Assembly: GCA_021821045.1 (NCBI GenBank)
Contig: JAKACW010000015.1
Span: 4,713 to 68,712 of the forward strand
DNA: 64,000 bases
Reading direction: 5' to 3'
Source of the DNA: Pseudomonadota bacterium
GTDB lineage: Bacteria > Pseudomonadota > Gammaproteobacteria > JAADHS01
Position numbers and translations under genes: made by a program. Numbering within the stretch: position 1 is the first letter of the stretch; each line of letters begins with the position of its first letter. The notes under the pieces were generated by a model. That model saw nothing but the letters and a program-made list of their open reading frames with translations, made no database searches and was not told the DNA's origin. Of the stretch, positions 38,120 to 48,562 are shown in pieces.

Positions 38120-40693
38120 ATGAAAAACAAAGACAAATCGTCCGACACCACACTGCCCGAGGTGCGTCACTTCACCTCGAGTTCGCCGCGCGCCAAAACC
38201 AAAGGCATCGTTGTCGAAAAGGTGCGACCTGGCTCTGAGACGGCGCGTTTCATGGAGCGCATGGAAATCCACCGCCTCAAGCGCCCATGTCAGGAACCCA
38301 TCGACCTGCGCGGCAAAGTCACCGGCACGGTTCGCGCCTATTTCTATTCGAACGTGACCCATTGGCTGGACGATGCGTCACATCGCATTTTTAGAGACGG
38401 ACTCAGCCACAATCGCGGCGTCTTCACGGTCGGCACCTTCGAAACCATCGTCGGTCACCGCCATGTCGTCGACACCAAGCCGGTCGGCGCGCCGCAAGCT
38501 AAACCGACTGTGCAAAAAGCCGCGCCCAAGAATCCTGCGCCGTCGGCGGCACCGGCCGCAGCAACGCCAACCGCTCCAACACCCAGCGCCCCCGCGGCGG
38601 CGATCGCGGCAAAGAACCATCACGAATATTTCAAGCGCGCAAACCCGGACATCGTGCCGTTTGGCTACTACCGCAAACGCAAGGAAGAGCGCTACGTCCA
38701 TGCTTTGTCGGTCGAGCTGGGCATCGACACCGCGACGTTCAAAGGTCAAACCGTGGATTTCTCTTTCCACGGCTTGCAACTGGTGCTGGATGAGGTCGTG
38801 GCCGTCGCCCCCGATTCATCCGTAGAGGTCCGCTTCCGATTCGACAACCTGGGAGCGGGTGAGGTCATGCCGTGCACCTACCGCGCCGTGGCGGTGAAGA
38901 CAGAGAAGCGGGAAACGCTGATATCGCTGACGCTCGACGAAGACGAGAACAGCGTGCGCTACGGCAAAATAAAGCAGTTTTTCGATCGCATCGCCCGCCG
39001 CGCCAAAGTGGACGCGCTCGACGACGTGATCACCACGCGCGCCCTTGCGTATCAGCATTTTTACTCCGCCTCCCTCGGACACGCGCCAATGTTCTTTCGC
39101 ATCGACAGCGAAGGCCGGCCGTGGATCGAGGCCATCGCCCGCACGCCGTCCAACGAACACGTCTTGTCGTTTTTTGCCACCGGCGCCGACAGCTACGATT
39201 TCTCGCCTTTGCGCATTCCGTCGCGCATTGCCCATCTGTGCCTTAACGTGGCTGCGGCGCGCTTCTCCTACGACCCCTCGATGCCGGATGATCGGCCGAT
39301 CGGCGAACTCAATCTTATCGTGTTCAGAGATCTAAACGGCAACCTTCATTCCGTCGCCGAGCACGAAATCGGCTCACCCGGCGAATGGACCCGTTTGTTG
39401 CGCCACGCGCTGATCCACCACCAATACCGCGTTTTCAAACTGCTCGTCGTGTACATCAAGGAGCATCACCACGAGAAATCCATCCGATCGACGATCGGGC
39501 TGGCGCAAAGAAATCTGGACGCCGCCAAAACACTTGTCAGCGCCTTTCGCGGATTCATCGCCGTTGGGCAACTGTCGGATGTCACTCTGGAACAAAAAAC
39601 CTGGCTGAGCAACACGCTGGGCCCCGGCGACACGGGGATCGATTTGACGGCCCTGCAAACCTGGGTGAACGGCGAACGCCGGTCTCTCCAAGACCCCACG
39701 GCGGCGCCCGAGCACAGCGAAGCGCTGCTGGCACCGCCGGAGGTGCGCACGTTTGGTGACTTTGTCGTGCGCCGCGAAGATCGATACATCGCGCGTACCA
39801 AGGCCGAGATCGAGATTAACGGCATACGCTACCAGGCGACGACGCGAGATTTATCGGTGAGAGGTCTGTCATTGTATGTCGATGATCAGGTCGAACTCAC
39901 CCAAGGCCAAGGCGTTGCCGTCGGCCTGCTCAGCTTCGGCAAGAAAACCTACAACTTCGACCTTCGGAATATGCGCTATCGCGTCGTCAATTTCTCGCAC
40001 GACACGCCGACGCTGATTCAACTCGAACGGGAGAAGGACGCCGACTGGGACGACATCACGGAGTTCTTCAAGGAAATCATCGCCATCAACCAGGACAAAC
40101 TGTCGCTGTGCCTGAATGATGCGCAGACAACGGCCAAGGCCCGCCTGTTCGAAGACATCTATTCGTCACATGTGCCGACGATCCCATTTTTCGTCGCGCG
40201 CGATGCCCAGGGCCGGCTTTATGTCCGCCGGGTCGTCGTCTCCGAGTTCACGTCCGAACTGGCCGACTTCTTTTACCTGGACAAGAATTTTCTCGATTAC
40301 CGCGCGATGAATGATCCCGCCATTCTCAAATCGTTTGAAAAGGCCCTGGCGGCGAAACAACCTTCGCAGCACACGCTGTATTTTTACAAGGAAGACGACC
40401 GCGAAAGCGGCAAAACCGTGATTAGAAGCGCTTCGAACGGAACACTGGGCGACTACGAAGACCAGGTCGCCTTCATCAGGAACGCGTTTCGGTCCGGCGA
40501 GTACCGCTTCATGAGCGTACGGTTGGCGCCGGTCTCCAAACCGAAGTCACAATTGATCAATCCGGCACTGGATGCGCTGCGGGACATTGCCGCTCAGGAT
40601 TGCAGCGCCCTCGACGGGGAGCTGGCCGGCATCGTGGCCGTTGGCGAGATGCTGGATATAACGCGAGATGTGCGGTCGGCGATACTCGGTTAG
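38120..40693 (+). CDS. Large tandem PilZ-domain protein
   Basis: RKRKEERY...DFSFHG and RREDRY...DLSVRG; Pro/Ala-rich linker. Confidence 0.8.
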   Translation: MKNKDKSSDTTLPEVRHFTSSSPRAKTKGIVVEKVRPGSETARFMERMEIHRLKRPCQEPIDLRGKVTGTVRAYFYSNVTHWLDDASHRIFRDGLSHNRGVFTVGTFETIVGHRHVVDTKPVGAPQAKPTVQKAAPKNPAPSAAPAAATPTAPTPSAPAAAIAAKNHHEYFKRANPDIVPFGYYRKRKEERYVHALSVELGIDTATFKGQTVDFSFHGLQLVLDEVVAVAPDSSVEVRFRFDNLGAGEVMPCTYRAVAVKTEKRETLISLTLDEDENSVRYGKIKQFFDRIARRAKVDALDDVITTRALAYQHFYSASLGHAPMFFRIDSEGRPWIEAIARTPSNEHVLSFFATGADSYDFSPLRIPSRIAHLCLNVAAARFSYDPSMPDDRPIGELNLIVFRDLNGNLHSVAEHEIGSPGEWTRLLRHALIHHQYRVFKLLVVYIKEHHHEKSIRSTIGLAQRNLDAAKTLVSAFRGFIAVGQLSDVTLEQKTWLSNTLGPGDTGIDLTALQTWVNGERRSLQDPTAAPEHSEALLAPPEVRTFGDFVVRREDRYIARTKAEIEINGIRYQATTRDLSVRGLSLYVDDQVELTQGQGVAVGLLSFGKKTYNFDLRNMRYRVVNFSHDTPTLIQLEREKDADWDDITEFFKEIIAINQDKLSLCLNDAQTTAKARLFEDIYSSHVPTIPFFVARDAQGRLYVRRVVVSEFTSELADFFYLDKNFLDYRAMNDPAILKSFEKALAAKQPSQHTLYFYKEDDRESGKTVIRSASNGTLGDYEDQVAFIRNAFRSGEYRFMSVRLAPVSKPKSQLINPALDALRDIAAQDCSALDGELAGIVAVGEMLDITRDVRSAILG

Positions 40694-40727
40694 CCGTTCA
40701 TGAGCCCACCGGCAATTCGTCGGGGCC

Positions 40728-41204
40728 CTAGCTGATCTCTTTGATGAACTTGTAGATCGCCGCCGCGTGACCGCGGGCGTTCACGCCGTACTGCGCCAAG
40801 CGGACGACGCCCTGCTTGTCGATGACGAACGTCGACCGAACGATGCCCATTTTCTTCTTTCCGTCTTTTTCTTTTTCCTGCCACACACCATACAGCTGGC
40901 AGGCATCGCCGTCCGTGTCCGCGAGCAAATAGACCGACAAACCATGCTTGTCGCGAAACGCCGCGTGACTGACGCAATCGTCGCGACTGATGCCGATGAT
41001 GACCGTATCCAACTCGGCGAAGTCATCGCTCAAGTTGGTGAACTCAATGGCTTCGACGGTGCACCCCGGCGTGTCATCCTTCGGATAGAAGTACAGCACG
41101 ACATTTTTCTTACCGACGAATTCGTTCAAATCGATCATATCCATGTCCGCGTCGGGCAACGCAAACATTGGAGCGGAAGATCCCACCTCGACCATGTCAA
41201 CCAT
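40728..41204 (-). CDS. bcp: Peroxiredoxin (Bcp/PrxQ)
   Basis: VVLYFYPKDDTPGCTVEA, RSTFVID. Confidence 0.92.
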   Translation of the reverse strand: MVDMVEVGSSAPMFALPDADMDMIDLNEFVGKKNVVLYFYPKDDTPGCTVEAIEFTNLSDDFAELDTVIIGISRDDCVSHAAFRDKHGLSVYLLADTDGDACQLYGVWQEKEKDGKKKMGIVRSTFVIDKQGVVRLAQYGVNARGHAAAIYKFIKEIS

Positions 41205-41349
41205 ACCTCAAAACATAATGGCGCCGCGGCGCCTAGGTTCGTGTTACGGCTATTGTACCGGTCTTTTTCTAGGAGAACGACTGGCTAACCGGGCACCTTT
41301 GATTTCATGCCGTGATAGCAACGTTAACGATGGGATCTTGACAAAAAGC

Positions 41350-42429
41350 TCAGGAACTGGAGAGCATTTCGGAAAGCCGGCTCAGGGTACGTTGAAAGGG
41401 AAAAGCCAAGCGCCGCCCCCGGTACAGTTGTTCAAGCGGCGCGTGCGCGCTGACGTACAAGCGAACTTGGTGATCGTACAGTGCGTCGATGAGTTGAATA
41501 AATCGGTTGGCTACGTCATCGTCGTACTCACCCAGGCTGTGTATTCCGCTGACGAACCACGTCGAGTAGCGATCACATAACTCGAGATAGTCCAGCGACG
41601 ACCGGTTTGTTTTGCACAAGGTCGCGAAATCAAACCACACGTTGCGTTCCCCGACGGCGCGAGCCGGAAAAATCCGTCCTTGAATTTCCAGATTCGCATT
41701 TGGCGTCCACGCTGGCGAGCGCAGCGCGAACCATTCGCCGAAGCGGGCTAGGTTTTCCGGCGTTTCGAGCATGAAGGCTGACAATTCACCCTTCACCGCA
41801 CGCCGGCGGAAGTCCGTTTCACCATGCAGATGCACGACATCCGTTACACGGTGAATAAGATCGATGGCGGGAAGAAAGCGCTCGCGCTGCAGGCCGTTCA
41901 GATACAGCTCCTCGGGCGCGAGATTCGATGTAAAGAAAAATACCACGCCTTGATCAACGAGGGCGTGAAGCAATCCGGACAGCAGCATGGCGTCGGCGAC
42001 ATCGTCGACGTGAAACTCGTCGAAACCGATGACGTTGTATTTCCCGGCGAGTTGGGTTGCCACGACGGGAAGTGGATCAGGGTGTCGCGGCAGTTCTCTG
42101 AGCCGGTGGTGAATCATGCGCATGAACCGCTGAAAGTGCATTCGCGTTTTCAACGGCACCGGCAACGCGTCGAAGAACATATCCATGAGCCGCGTCTTAC
42201 CGCGACCGACGCCGCCCCACAAGTAAATTCCCTTGACCGTCGCGGCGGTCGTCGCCGACGGCGTCCAAAGGCGGGTCAACAAACCGGATTTGCCGCGCGA
42301 TCCCGGCTGTCGGTTCACGAGTTGGGAATAGAGCCGTTCGAGATGAACCAACGCTTCCTGCTGCGCGGGATCGTGAACATGATTCTCCCGCCGCGCGGTC
42401 TCTTCGATGTGCTTGATCAGGGGGCTCAT
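41350..42429 (-). CDS. zapE: Cell division ATPase ZapE (AFG1 family)
   Basis: GIYLWGGVGRGKT, HFQRFM, FDEFHV, LYLNGLQRERFLP, FQRTLSRL. Confidence 0.92.
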   Translation of the reverse strand: MSPLIKHIEETARRENHVHDPAQQEALVHLERLYSQLVNRQPGSRGKSGLLTRLWTPSATTAATVKGIYLWGGVGRGKTRLMDMFFDALPVPLKTRMHFQRFMRMIHHRLRELPRHPDPLPVVATQLAGKYNVIGFDEFHVDDVADAMLLSGLLHALVDQGVVFFFTSNLAPEELYLNGLQRERFLPAIDLIHRVTDVVHLHGETDFRRRAVKGELSAFMLETPENLARFGEWFALRSPAWTPNANLEIQGRIFPARAVGERNVWFDFATLCKTNRSSLDYLELCDRYSTWFVSGIHSLGEYDDDVANRFIQLIDALYDHQVRLYVSAHAPLEQLYRGRRLAFPFQRTLSRLSEMLSSS

Positions 42430-42563
42430 AGTTTGCGGCGACGCCTGCGGCAGTCCTTTCTCGGCGCGAATTCAGTCGTGGCGATGGTAGCGCACTCCAC
42501 ACCAAAGGTATCGGCGCGAAGGGTGGTTTTAAAAAGAATGGAAAAGGGGGAATTCTGGACGAG

Positions 42564-42947
42564 CTAGAACGCGCTGGCGAAATAAAGCCATGGCATGACC
42601 TGGATCAGGAGCAGCCAGCCGTAGACGCGACACGGCACAGCGTGCATCCAGGCGCGCACCACCAGCAGGGCGACGGACAGCCCCAAGAAAAGGGCGGCAA
42701 GGGCCAGAAAAATCATTCCCGCCGTTGCAATGGTCCAATACACACCAGGGAAAAACAGTTCATCCAGTGCCGTGGCCGAGATACTGCCGCTGCGAACACC
42801 ATTCACGATGAATTGAGTCACAAGGAATCCGACCGAAACGGCGGTCACTCCGGTGAAATAGCACCAAGACGACAGGCCATAGGATCGCGCGCACGCGGAC
42901 GCGTTCAAGGAGGGGCTGGTGACACTTATCGGCTTAGTCAAAGGCAT
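42564..42947 (-). CDS. Hypothetical membrane protein
   Basis: Three hydrophobic segments. Confidence 0.55.
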   Translation of the reverse strand: MPLTKPISVTSPSLNASACARSYGLSSWCYFTGVTAVSVGFLVTQFIVNGVRSGSISATALDELFFPGVYWTIATAGMIFLALAALFLGLSVALLVVRAWMHAVPCRVYGWLLLIQVMPWLYFASAF

Positions 42948-43066
42948 GAACTACTTATACTCGGAGCGCCGCGCGCGGAATATCCGGACGCACACGTAAA
43001 TACGCCTCGCAAAAACCGCAACGGCGATCATCCGCCGTTAAACGAAAAATCGAACAAGCGCGAATT

Positions 43067-43939
43067 TTAAGGCAGAACTCGCGTGGCGTCGAGCCGAACG
43101 CCCAACGGTCCCCGCGGCACGTAATGAATCTCCACCTGCTCGCCCCGTTGAATTGTCACCGGGACCAACTCACCGGACGTGCCCTGCACCGTTGCGGAGC
43201 GCAAATCTTCGTATTTATAGATCCGCGCACCGTCATAGGACAGAATCAAATCACCCGGCTGAATACCGGCGCCCGCCGAGGTGGATCCCAGCATAACCTC
43301 TTGCACCATGACTCGGTTTGACTCGCCGAGCGCATACAGCATGCGATCATAGTCGTCATCCCCGAGGTCCGAGCGAAAACTTTGTTCATCGCCCGCGATT
43401 TGGTTGAGCTGCTCGCGATAGCGGTCCGAATTCAACCAACCTTCGCGAGTGGCGGTGTCCCACAGGGAAAGGCGATCCAGCGCGAACTTGTCCAATCGCT
43501 TCTTAATCTGCTCGGCCCGGCCGGGGCTGAAACCGGCCGCCGTCAAGGTCGTCACGGAATCGGTGGCGTTGGGTCGTGACGCGCCCGCGCTGGCCAATGC
43601 TTCTTCCGCCGCATTATCGGACGCCATAGCCGATCGCAAATCAGCCAACTCTCGCGCCAATTGCGCCACGTCGTTTTCGAGCTTCTCGCGCGCACGCTGC
43701 TCCGCCGTCAATTGGCCGCGCAGAGTGGCGAGTGGATCTTCAGCGGTCTCCGGCGGCTGGCGGAGGATTGCTTGGGGAGCGCTGGCAGCAATCGTTGACG
43801 GGGCAGGCTCCAGGCTCTTGGCCGCTCCGGACTCTGGCGTGACCGGAACGGGGTCCGGTTCGACCCAGTCGGCGGCCATGAACCCACCGGTCCCTGCGAT
43901 CAGGACCGCGACACCGATGTGAACCCATGTTATTCGCAT
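43067..43939 (-). CDS. Membrane-anchored coiled-coil PDZ-domain protein
   Basis: N-terminal TM, coiled coil, AGIQPGDLILSYDG, RGPLGV. Confidence 0.8.
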   Translation of the reverse strand: MRITWVHIGVAVLIAGTGGFMAADWVEPDPVPVTPESGAAKSLEPAPSTIAASAPQAILRQPPETAEDPLATLRGQLTAEQRAREKLENDVAQLARELADLRSAMASDNAAEEALASAGASRPNATDSVTTLTAAGFSPGRAEQIKKRLDKFALDRLSLWDTATREGWLNSDRYREQLNQIAGDEQSFRSDLGDDDYDRMLYALGESNRVMVQEVMLGSTSAGAGIQPGDLILSYDGARIYKYEDLRSATVQGTSGELVPVTIQRGEQVEIHYVPRGPLGVRLDATRVLP

Positions 43940-43964
43940 CGTAACAACTCTGTTGTTTGTTTCC

Positions 43965-45905
43965 TCATCCGCATTCTGACCGCCGTTTGAGCCGTTTGAT
44001 CATAAACCGCGCCGGGTGGATGGCTTCACGATCGGCGCGATCGACACACACCGGCGTGCCGGTGACGTAGTCGGCCACCAGCTCGGCGGCCAAAGGCGCG
44101 GTGACAAAGCCGTGCGAGCCCAACGCCGTCAATGCATAGAGGCCGGGAAGGTATTGGGCCGGGGGATATCCCCCGGGGGCTTTGCCGTGGTGCAAATCGC
44201 TATATGCGGTTTGAAAAAAGGCGGCGTCGGCGGCCGGTCCAACGACCGGTAAATAGTCCCGCGAGGCCAGGCGGGTCGACGACCAGCCCCCTGTCACGTG
44301 GGAGAGGCGCCCTTCCCAAGCGAAGGGTTGCCCGGCCAAACCGGCCAAATTGGCCTCATGCCCCGCCACAGAACTGTGATCACTAACCTCGTCGCGCACA
44401 TATGTCGCTCCGACGACGACACGGCCTTCACCGAGGGGCACAACATGCACTTCGCCTCGCACCGCGCACTTCAGGTCGCGCCACGGGCCAGCGGCAGACA
44501 GTTCGGAAAGCTGGCCACCGACCGCGCGCATTGGCAAGTCACCGCCCGGCCAGAGGCCGCGGGGCGTCCAGCCCTGGGCCAAAATCACGCAATCCGACTG
44601 CGCCAAAATGTTCCCCCGGCTATCGAGAGCGTGCCAAGCATCCCCCGCCGGGCGCAGTTGCGCCACTTCGCAGCCATGACGCAGGTCGATGGCGGCGTAG
44701 CCACCGCCCAAGGCGCGAAGCAACTGACGGGAGAAGACCCAGCCGGCGGATGGAATAAATGCAGCGGGCGATTTGGAGCCGGCGATAGCGGCACCGCAGC
44801 GCTGGCCGACCTCGGCGCCATCGATTCTCTCCAGAAAGGGCTCCAACGCCTCGTCGGTTGCGTCGGGCGCCGCACAATCGATCAGCCCACCGCGTCGCCA
44901 ACCTATATCACCGAGGGTCGCCTGCAGCTGCTCATACCATGGCGCGCTGAAGGCGAAGCTGCGCCGTAAAAATTGCGCCGAGGCCTGCCCACCGCCCGTC
45001 AGTTTCGGCGCCACAATGCTCGCGGGGCCGCCCGATGCTCCGCCACCCGGACCGTCACGGCCTTCCAGTACGGTCACTTCCCATCCCCGCCGCGCCAGGG
45101 CTGTAGCGACAGACAGACCGGCGATGCCGGCGCCGATCACGACCGCGTGCCGCGAATCGACGGGCGGCGGAGTGGCAAACCACGGCGGCGACGACAAAGC
45201 GGGAAGCGCGCCCCCTTGAAATGCGCCCTGCAGACGTTCGCGCTTACCCCCGTAGCCCGGCACCTTGGAGACCGCGAAACCAAAGCCCGTCAAGCGGCGG
45301 CGCACATCCCCCGCCGCGGTGAACGTACTGAAGGTGGTGCCGGATTTGCTCAATCGCGCCACACCACCCAACACGCCGTCATCCCACATGTCCGGGTTTT
45401 TGCGCGGCGCGAAACCGTCGAGATACCAAGCATCCACCTTGCCGGCGCAATCGTTGAGCAGGGTTGCGGCCTCCCCAATACCGAGCGTCAGGATGACCCG
45501 TCCGCGGAACAAATAACGCCGCTGATAACCTGGCACCAACGGAAACAACGACGCGACCAGTTCTTCGACATACGAGGCCAACATGGGCCAGGCCGCGGCA
45601 ACAGCCCGCATGTCGTCTGGCGAAAGCGGATTCTTCTCTACGGTGAAATAGTGCAGAACCGCGTCGGGCGGCGCCAGTTCCAACCAGCGCGCGACGGTGA
45701 GAAAAAAATTCAAGCCGGTGCCGAACCCCGTCTCACCGACAACGAAGGAACGACAACCGCGCCAGCGCTCGGGCAACCGGTTGCCGCCAATGAATACTTC
45801 GTCGACTTCTTCCAGCGCGCCGCGACGGGAGAAGTAGATGTCGCCGAACCGCACGTTCAGCGGCGACCCATTCTCCCATCCCAGCAGGGCAAACTCGACG
45901 GCCAC
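43965..45905 (-). CDS. mnmC: Bifunctional tRNA mnm5s2U34 synthesis protein
   Basis: FGDIYFS, ETGFGTGLNF, DAWYLDGFAP.KNPDMW, VIGAGIAG, LGSHG. Confidence 0.95.
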   Translation of the reverse strand: MAVEFALLGWENGSPLNVRFGDIYFSRRGALEEVDEVFIGGNRLPERWRGCRSFVVGETGFGTGLNFFLTVARWLELAPPDAVLHYFTVEKNPLSPDDMRAVAAAWPMLASYVEELVASLFPLVPGYQRRYLFRGRVILTLGIGEAATLLNDCAGKVDAWYLDGFAPRKNPDMWDDGVLGGVARLSKSGTTFSTFTAAGDVRRRLTGFGFAVSKVPGYGGKRERLQGAFQGGALPALSSPPWFATPPPVDSRHAVVIGAGIAGLSVATALARRGWEVTVLEGRDGPGGGASGGPASIVAPKLTGGGQASAQFLRRSFAFSAPWYEQLQATLGDIGWRRGGLIDCAAPDATDEALEPFLERIDGAEVGQRCGAAIAGSKSPAAFIPSAGWVFSRQLLRALGGGYAAIDLRHGCEVAQLRPAGDAWHALDSRGNILAQSDCVILAQGWTPRGLWPGGDLPMRAVGGQLSELSAAGPWRDLKCAVRGEVHVVPLGEGRVVVGATYVRDEVSDHSSVAGHEANLAGLAGQPFAWEGRLSHVTGGWSSTRLASRDYLPVVGPAADAAFFQTAYSDLHHGKAPGGYPPAQYLPGLYALTALGSHGFVTAPLAAELVADYVTGTPVCVDRADREAIHPARFMIKRLKRRSECG

Positions 45906-45928
45906 GCTTTAGCGCAAGGGGAGCGCGT

Positions 45929-47119
45929 TTACTTCTCGAGGCTTTGGTAATACTTCATCAAGATCGCCGCCACCTCCGGCCGCGCGAACTCCTCGGGCAG
46001 GGGCTGGCCCGCCGCCAACATGGTGCGGACCTTGGTTCCGGACAGCGTGACGAAGTCCTCGGGCTTGTGATCCGGCGCATCGCGCATCATCACAACGCGG
46101 CCCAGCTTGCGGGAAAACGCCGTATTGTCGGCTTTGAAAATCTCGATCTGCAGCGCGCCTTTCGGCACCTCTTCATCGAAGATTTTTTGAGCGTCGAACG
46201 CGCCGTAGTAGTCACCCACCCCGGCGTGATCGCGGCCGACGATGAAGTGCGTACAGCCGGTGTTTTGGCGAAAGATCGCGTGCAGCACCGCTTCCCGCGG
46301 TCCGGCATAGAGCATGTCGAAGCCGTAGCCGGTAACCATCACGGTATTGGGGGGAAAGTATACCTCCACCATCTTGCGAATCGCTGCGTCGCGAACCGGC
46401 GCCGGAATGTCGCCTTCCTTGAGCCGCCCGAGCAGCATATGGATCAGCACCCCGTCGGCCTTCGCCGCCTTCTGCGCCATCTTGCACAACTCTTCGTGGG
46501 CGCGATGCATGGGATTGCGCGTTTGAAACGCCACGACGGTGTTCCATCCGCGCTCTTTGATCTCGTTGCGGATTTCGACGGCGGTGCGAAAGGTGTCGGG
46601 AAAATCCTGTTGGAAATAACTGAAGTTCAGCACCTTGATGGGACCGGAAACGAAATACCGGCCGACCGACAGAAATGTTTTGACGCCCGGGTGGGCCGGA
46701 TCGGTGGTGCGAAAAATCTTCTCGGCCATCGCGGACATCTGCGCGTCGGTCGCTTGCTCGATGCTCTCCACGTCCTGCACCGCCAGCACCGGATTGCCGG
46801 GCAAATTCGGATCCCGCAGTGCAATGCGTTTCGCCTTTTTGATCGCGCTGACATCGGAGGTGACGTTCACGATCGGCACGGGCCAGAACAAACCGCGGGC
46901 CGTATGCATCTTCTCGCTGACCTGCAACGCGTCCTGTAGAGACATGTAGCCGGTCAACGGATTGAAATAGCCGGAGCCCAGCATCACCGCGTTGCCGGCG
47001 GCGGCGGAACTCACCACCAACGCTGGCAGCTTCTCCGCTTCTCGCGCCAGCGCATCGTGACTGTTGGAGTCATAAACGAATAAAGGATTGAGTTCGTTCG
47101 ATCCGTAAGGCTTGATCAT
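45929..47119 (-). CDS. sat: Sulfate adenylyltransferase (ATP sulfurylase), sulfur-oxidiser type
   Basis: VAFQTRNPMHRAHEELC, YAGPREA, VGRDHAGVG, LSGTKVR. N-terminus MIKPYGSNELNPLFVYD. Confidence 0.95.
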   Translation of the reverse strand: MIKPYGSNELNPLFVYDSNSHDALAREAEKLPALVVSSAAAGNAVMLGSGYFNPLTGYMSLQDALQVSEKMHTARGLFWPVPIVNVTSDVSAIKKAKRIALRDPNLPGNPVLAVQDVESIEQATDAQMSAMAEKIFRTTDPAHPGVKTFLSVGRYFVSGPIKVLNFSYFQQDFPDTFRTAVEIRNEIKERGWNTVVAFQTRNPMHRAHEELCKMAQKAAKADGVLIHMLLGRLKEGDIPAPVRDAAIRKMVEVYFPPNTVMVTGYGFDMLYAGPREAVLHAIFRQNTGCTHFIVGRDHAGVGDYYGAFDAQKIFDEEVPKGALQIEIFKADNTAFSRKLGRVVMMRDAPDHKPEDFVTLSGTKVRTMLAAGQPLPEEFARPEVAAILMKYYQSLEK

Positions 47120-47368
47120 TCTTCCTCCCGCATGCGCCGCACCGGCACGTTACAAAATTTGATTCAGGCTGAATTTCCCGGCCGCCCATTGTACCGCCAA
47201 TTGGATCGGCCATCGCCGCCTTTAGCGGGCGTATTCTAGCCGCTTTTGCCGCATCAATCGAGATGTTTTCCGCCGACACAGACACCCAGGCGTGCAAACC
47301 GAAGTCGTTTCCCGCACAATTGGACCAGCCCGATACCTATCCAACGTGATGACGTCCGAAGCAGGCAC

Positions 47369-48445
47369 GTGGCAAACCGACGACCACCAGCACCCCCCAC
47401 GACTCTCTGCCATCAGTTCGGCATAACCGATGCCGTCATCGCGGATCGCCTTCGATTCCTGCGACTCGCACCGAACGACGGCCGCTGGTCGGAGCAACTA
47501 CAGCGCAGCGTGATCGAACCGCATTTGGATGAAATCGTCGATTTATTTTATGCGCGACTGCTGGAGTACCCGCCGGCCGCCGCGACGCTGAGCCTCGTAC
47601 CGGACCTCGATCTGCTCAAGAGCAAACAACAACGCTATCTCCGCTCCTTGGGATGCGAATTCCACACACCAGCATACTTCGAATCGCGCCTCAAAGTCGG
47701 CGTCACCCACCTATACGTGGGAATAGAACTTGCCGTGTATCAATACGCCTTCTTCGCGCTCCAACAGCTGCTACTGGAGCGCATCCCGGCGCAGGCGCCG
47801 GACGCGCCACAGTTAGCGATGTTTCTACTCAAAATCACTGCGCTGGACATTTCGCTGGCGATCGAAGCCTACGAGGCGCGTGAAAAAATCGACTTCGGAC
47901 AGCGGATTCGCACGCTCGCCCGCAAACAAGCTTCGCTGCAGAAGCTGGCCGACATCGATACGCTGACCGGCGTTCTGCGGCGCAAGCCGATTCTTGACTT
48001 AGTGCAGCAAAAACTCTCGACCATGGCGCCGGATCAGGTCGTCTGCGTGTTGCTTGCCGATCTCGATCATTTCAAGAACGTCAACGACACTTACGGCCAT
48101 CCGGTGGGCGACTTTGTTCTCAAAGATACCGTGGAGCGCATTCGCGCCACGGTGCGACGCGTCAACCCGGTCGGACGCTATGGGGGAGAGGAGTTTCTAA
48201 TCCTGTTGTCCGAAGCGAATCTCGAGCAAGCGACCGCTATCGCCGAGCGTGTTCGCGAGCGCATCGCGGCGGCGCCAATTCAAACCGACGAGCACACGAT
48301 TCCCGTTACCATCAGCATCGGCATTGGCGCCGCGCATGGCGGCGACGATCTCGCGGAACTGATCAGGCGCGCGGACAAGGCGCTCTACGCCGCGAAACGA
48401 GCCGGTCGAAACCGAGTCGACGTTTGCGTGGCAAGCACAGCATGA
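47369..48445 (+). CDS. Globin-coupled diguanylate cyclase
   Basis: Sensor-globin motifs IVDLFYARL, QQRYL, RLKVGVTH...GI. DTLTG, DLDHFKNVNDTYGH, RYGGEEF. Start uncertain (ORF open from 47246). Confidence 0.88.
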   Translation: MANRRPPAPPTTLCHQFGITDAVIADRLRFLRLAPNDGRWSEQLQRSVIEPHLDEIVDLFYARLLEYPPAAATLSLVPDLDLLKSKQQRYLRSLGCEFHTPAYFESRLKVGVTHLYVGIELAVYQYAFFALQQLLLERIPAQAPDAPQLAMFLLKITALDISLAIEAYEAREKIDFGQRIRTLARKQASLQKLADIDTLTGVLRRKPILDLVQQKLSTMAPDQVVCVLLADLDHFKNVNDTYGHPVGDFVLKDTVERIRATVRRVNPVGRYGGEEFLILLSEANLEQATAIAERVRERIAAAPIQTDEHTIPVTISIGIGAAHGGDDLAELIRRADKALYAAKRAGRNRVDVCVASTA

Positions 48446-48562
48446 GCGCCTGCAAGCCAACTCCTCGTCGATTTTCCCGTTTTCCACCTGGTCGATAGCC
48501 CCGCGATGGAGCAATCGGCGCGGCGCGCCGATAAAGTCGCTTGAGGAGAGACCCGACCCAAG

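Noticed and set aside
38500..38610. Repetitive GC-rich DNA
   Set aside because: It encodes a Pro/Ala linker within the PilZ protein and is not an independent repeat element.
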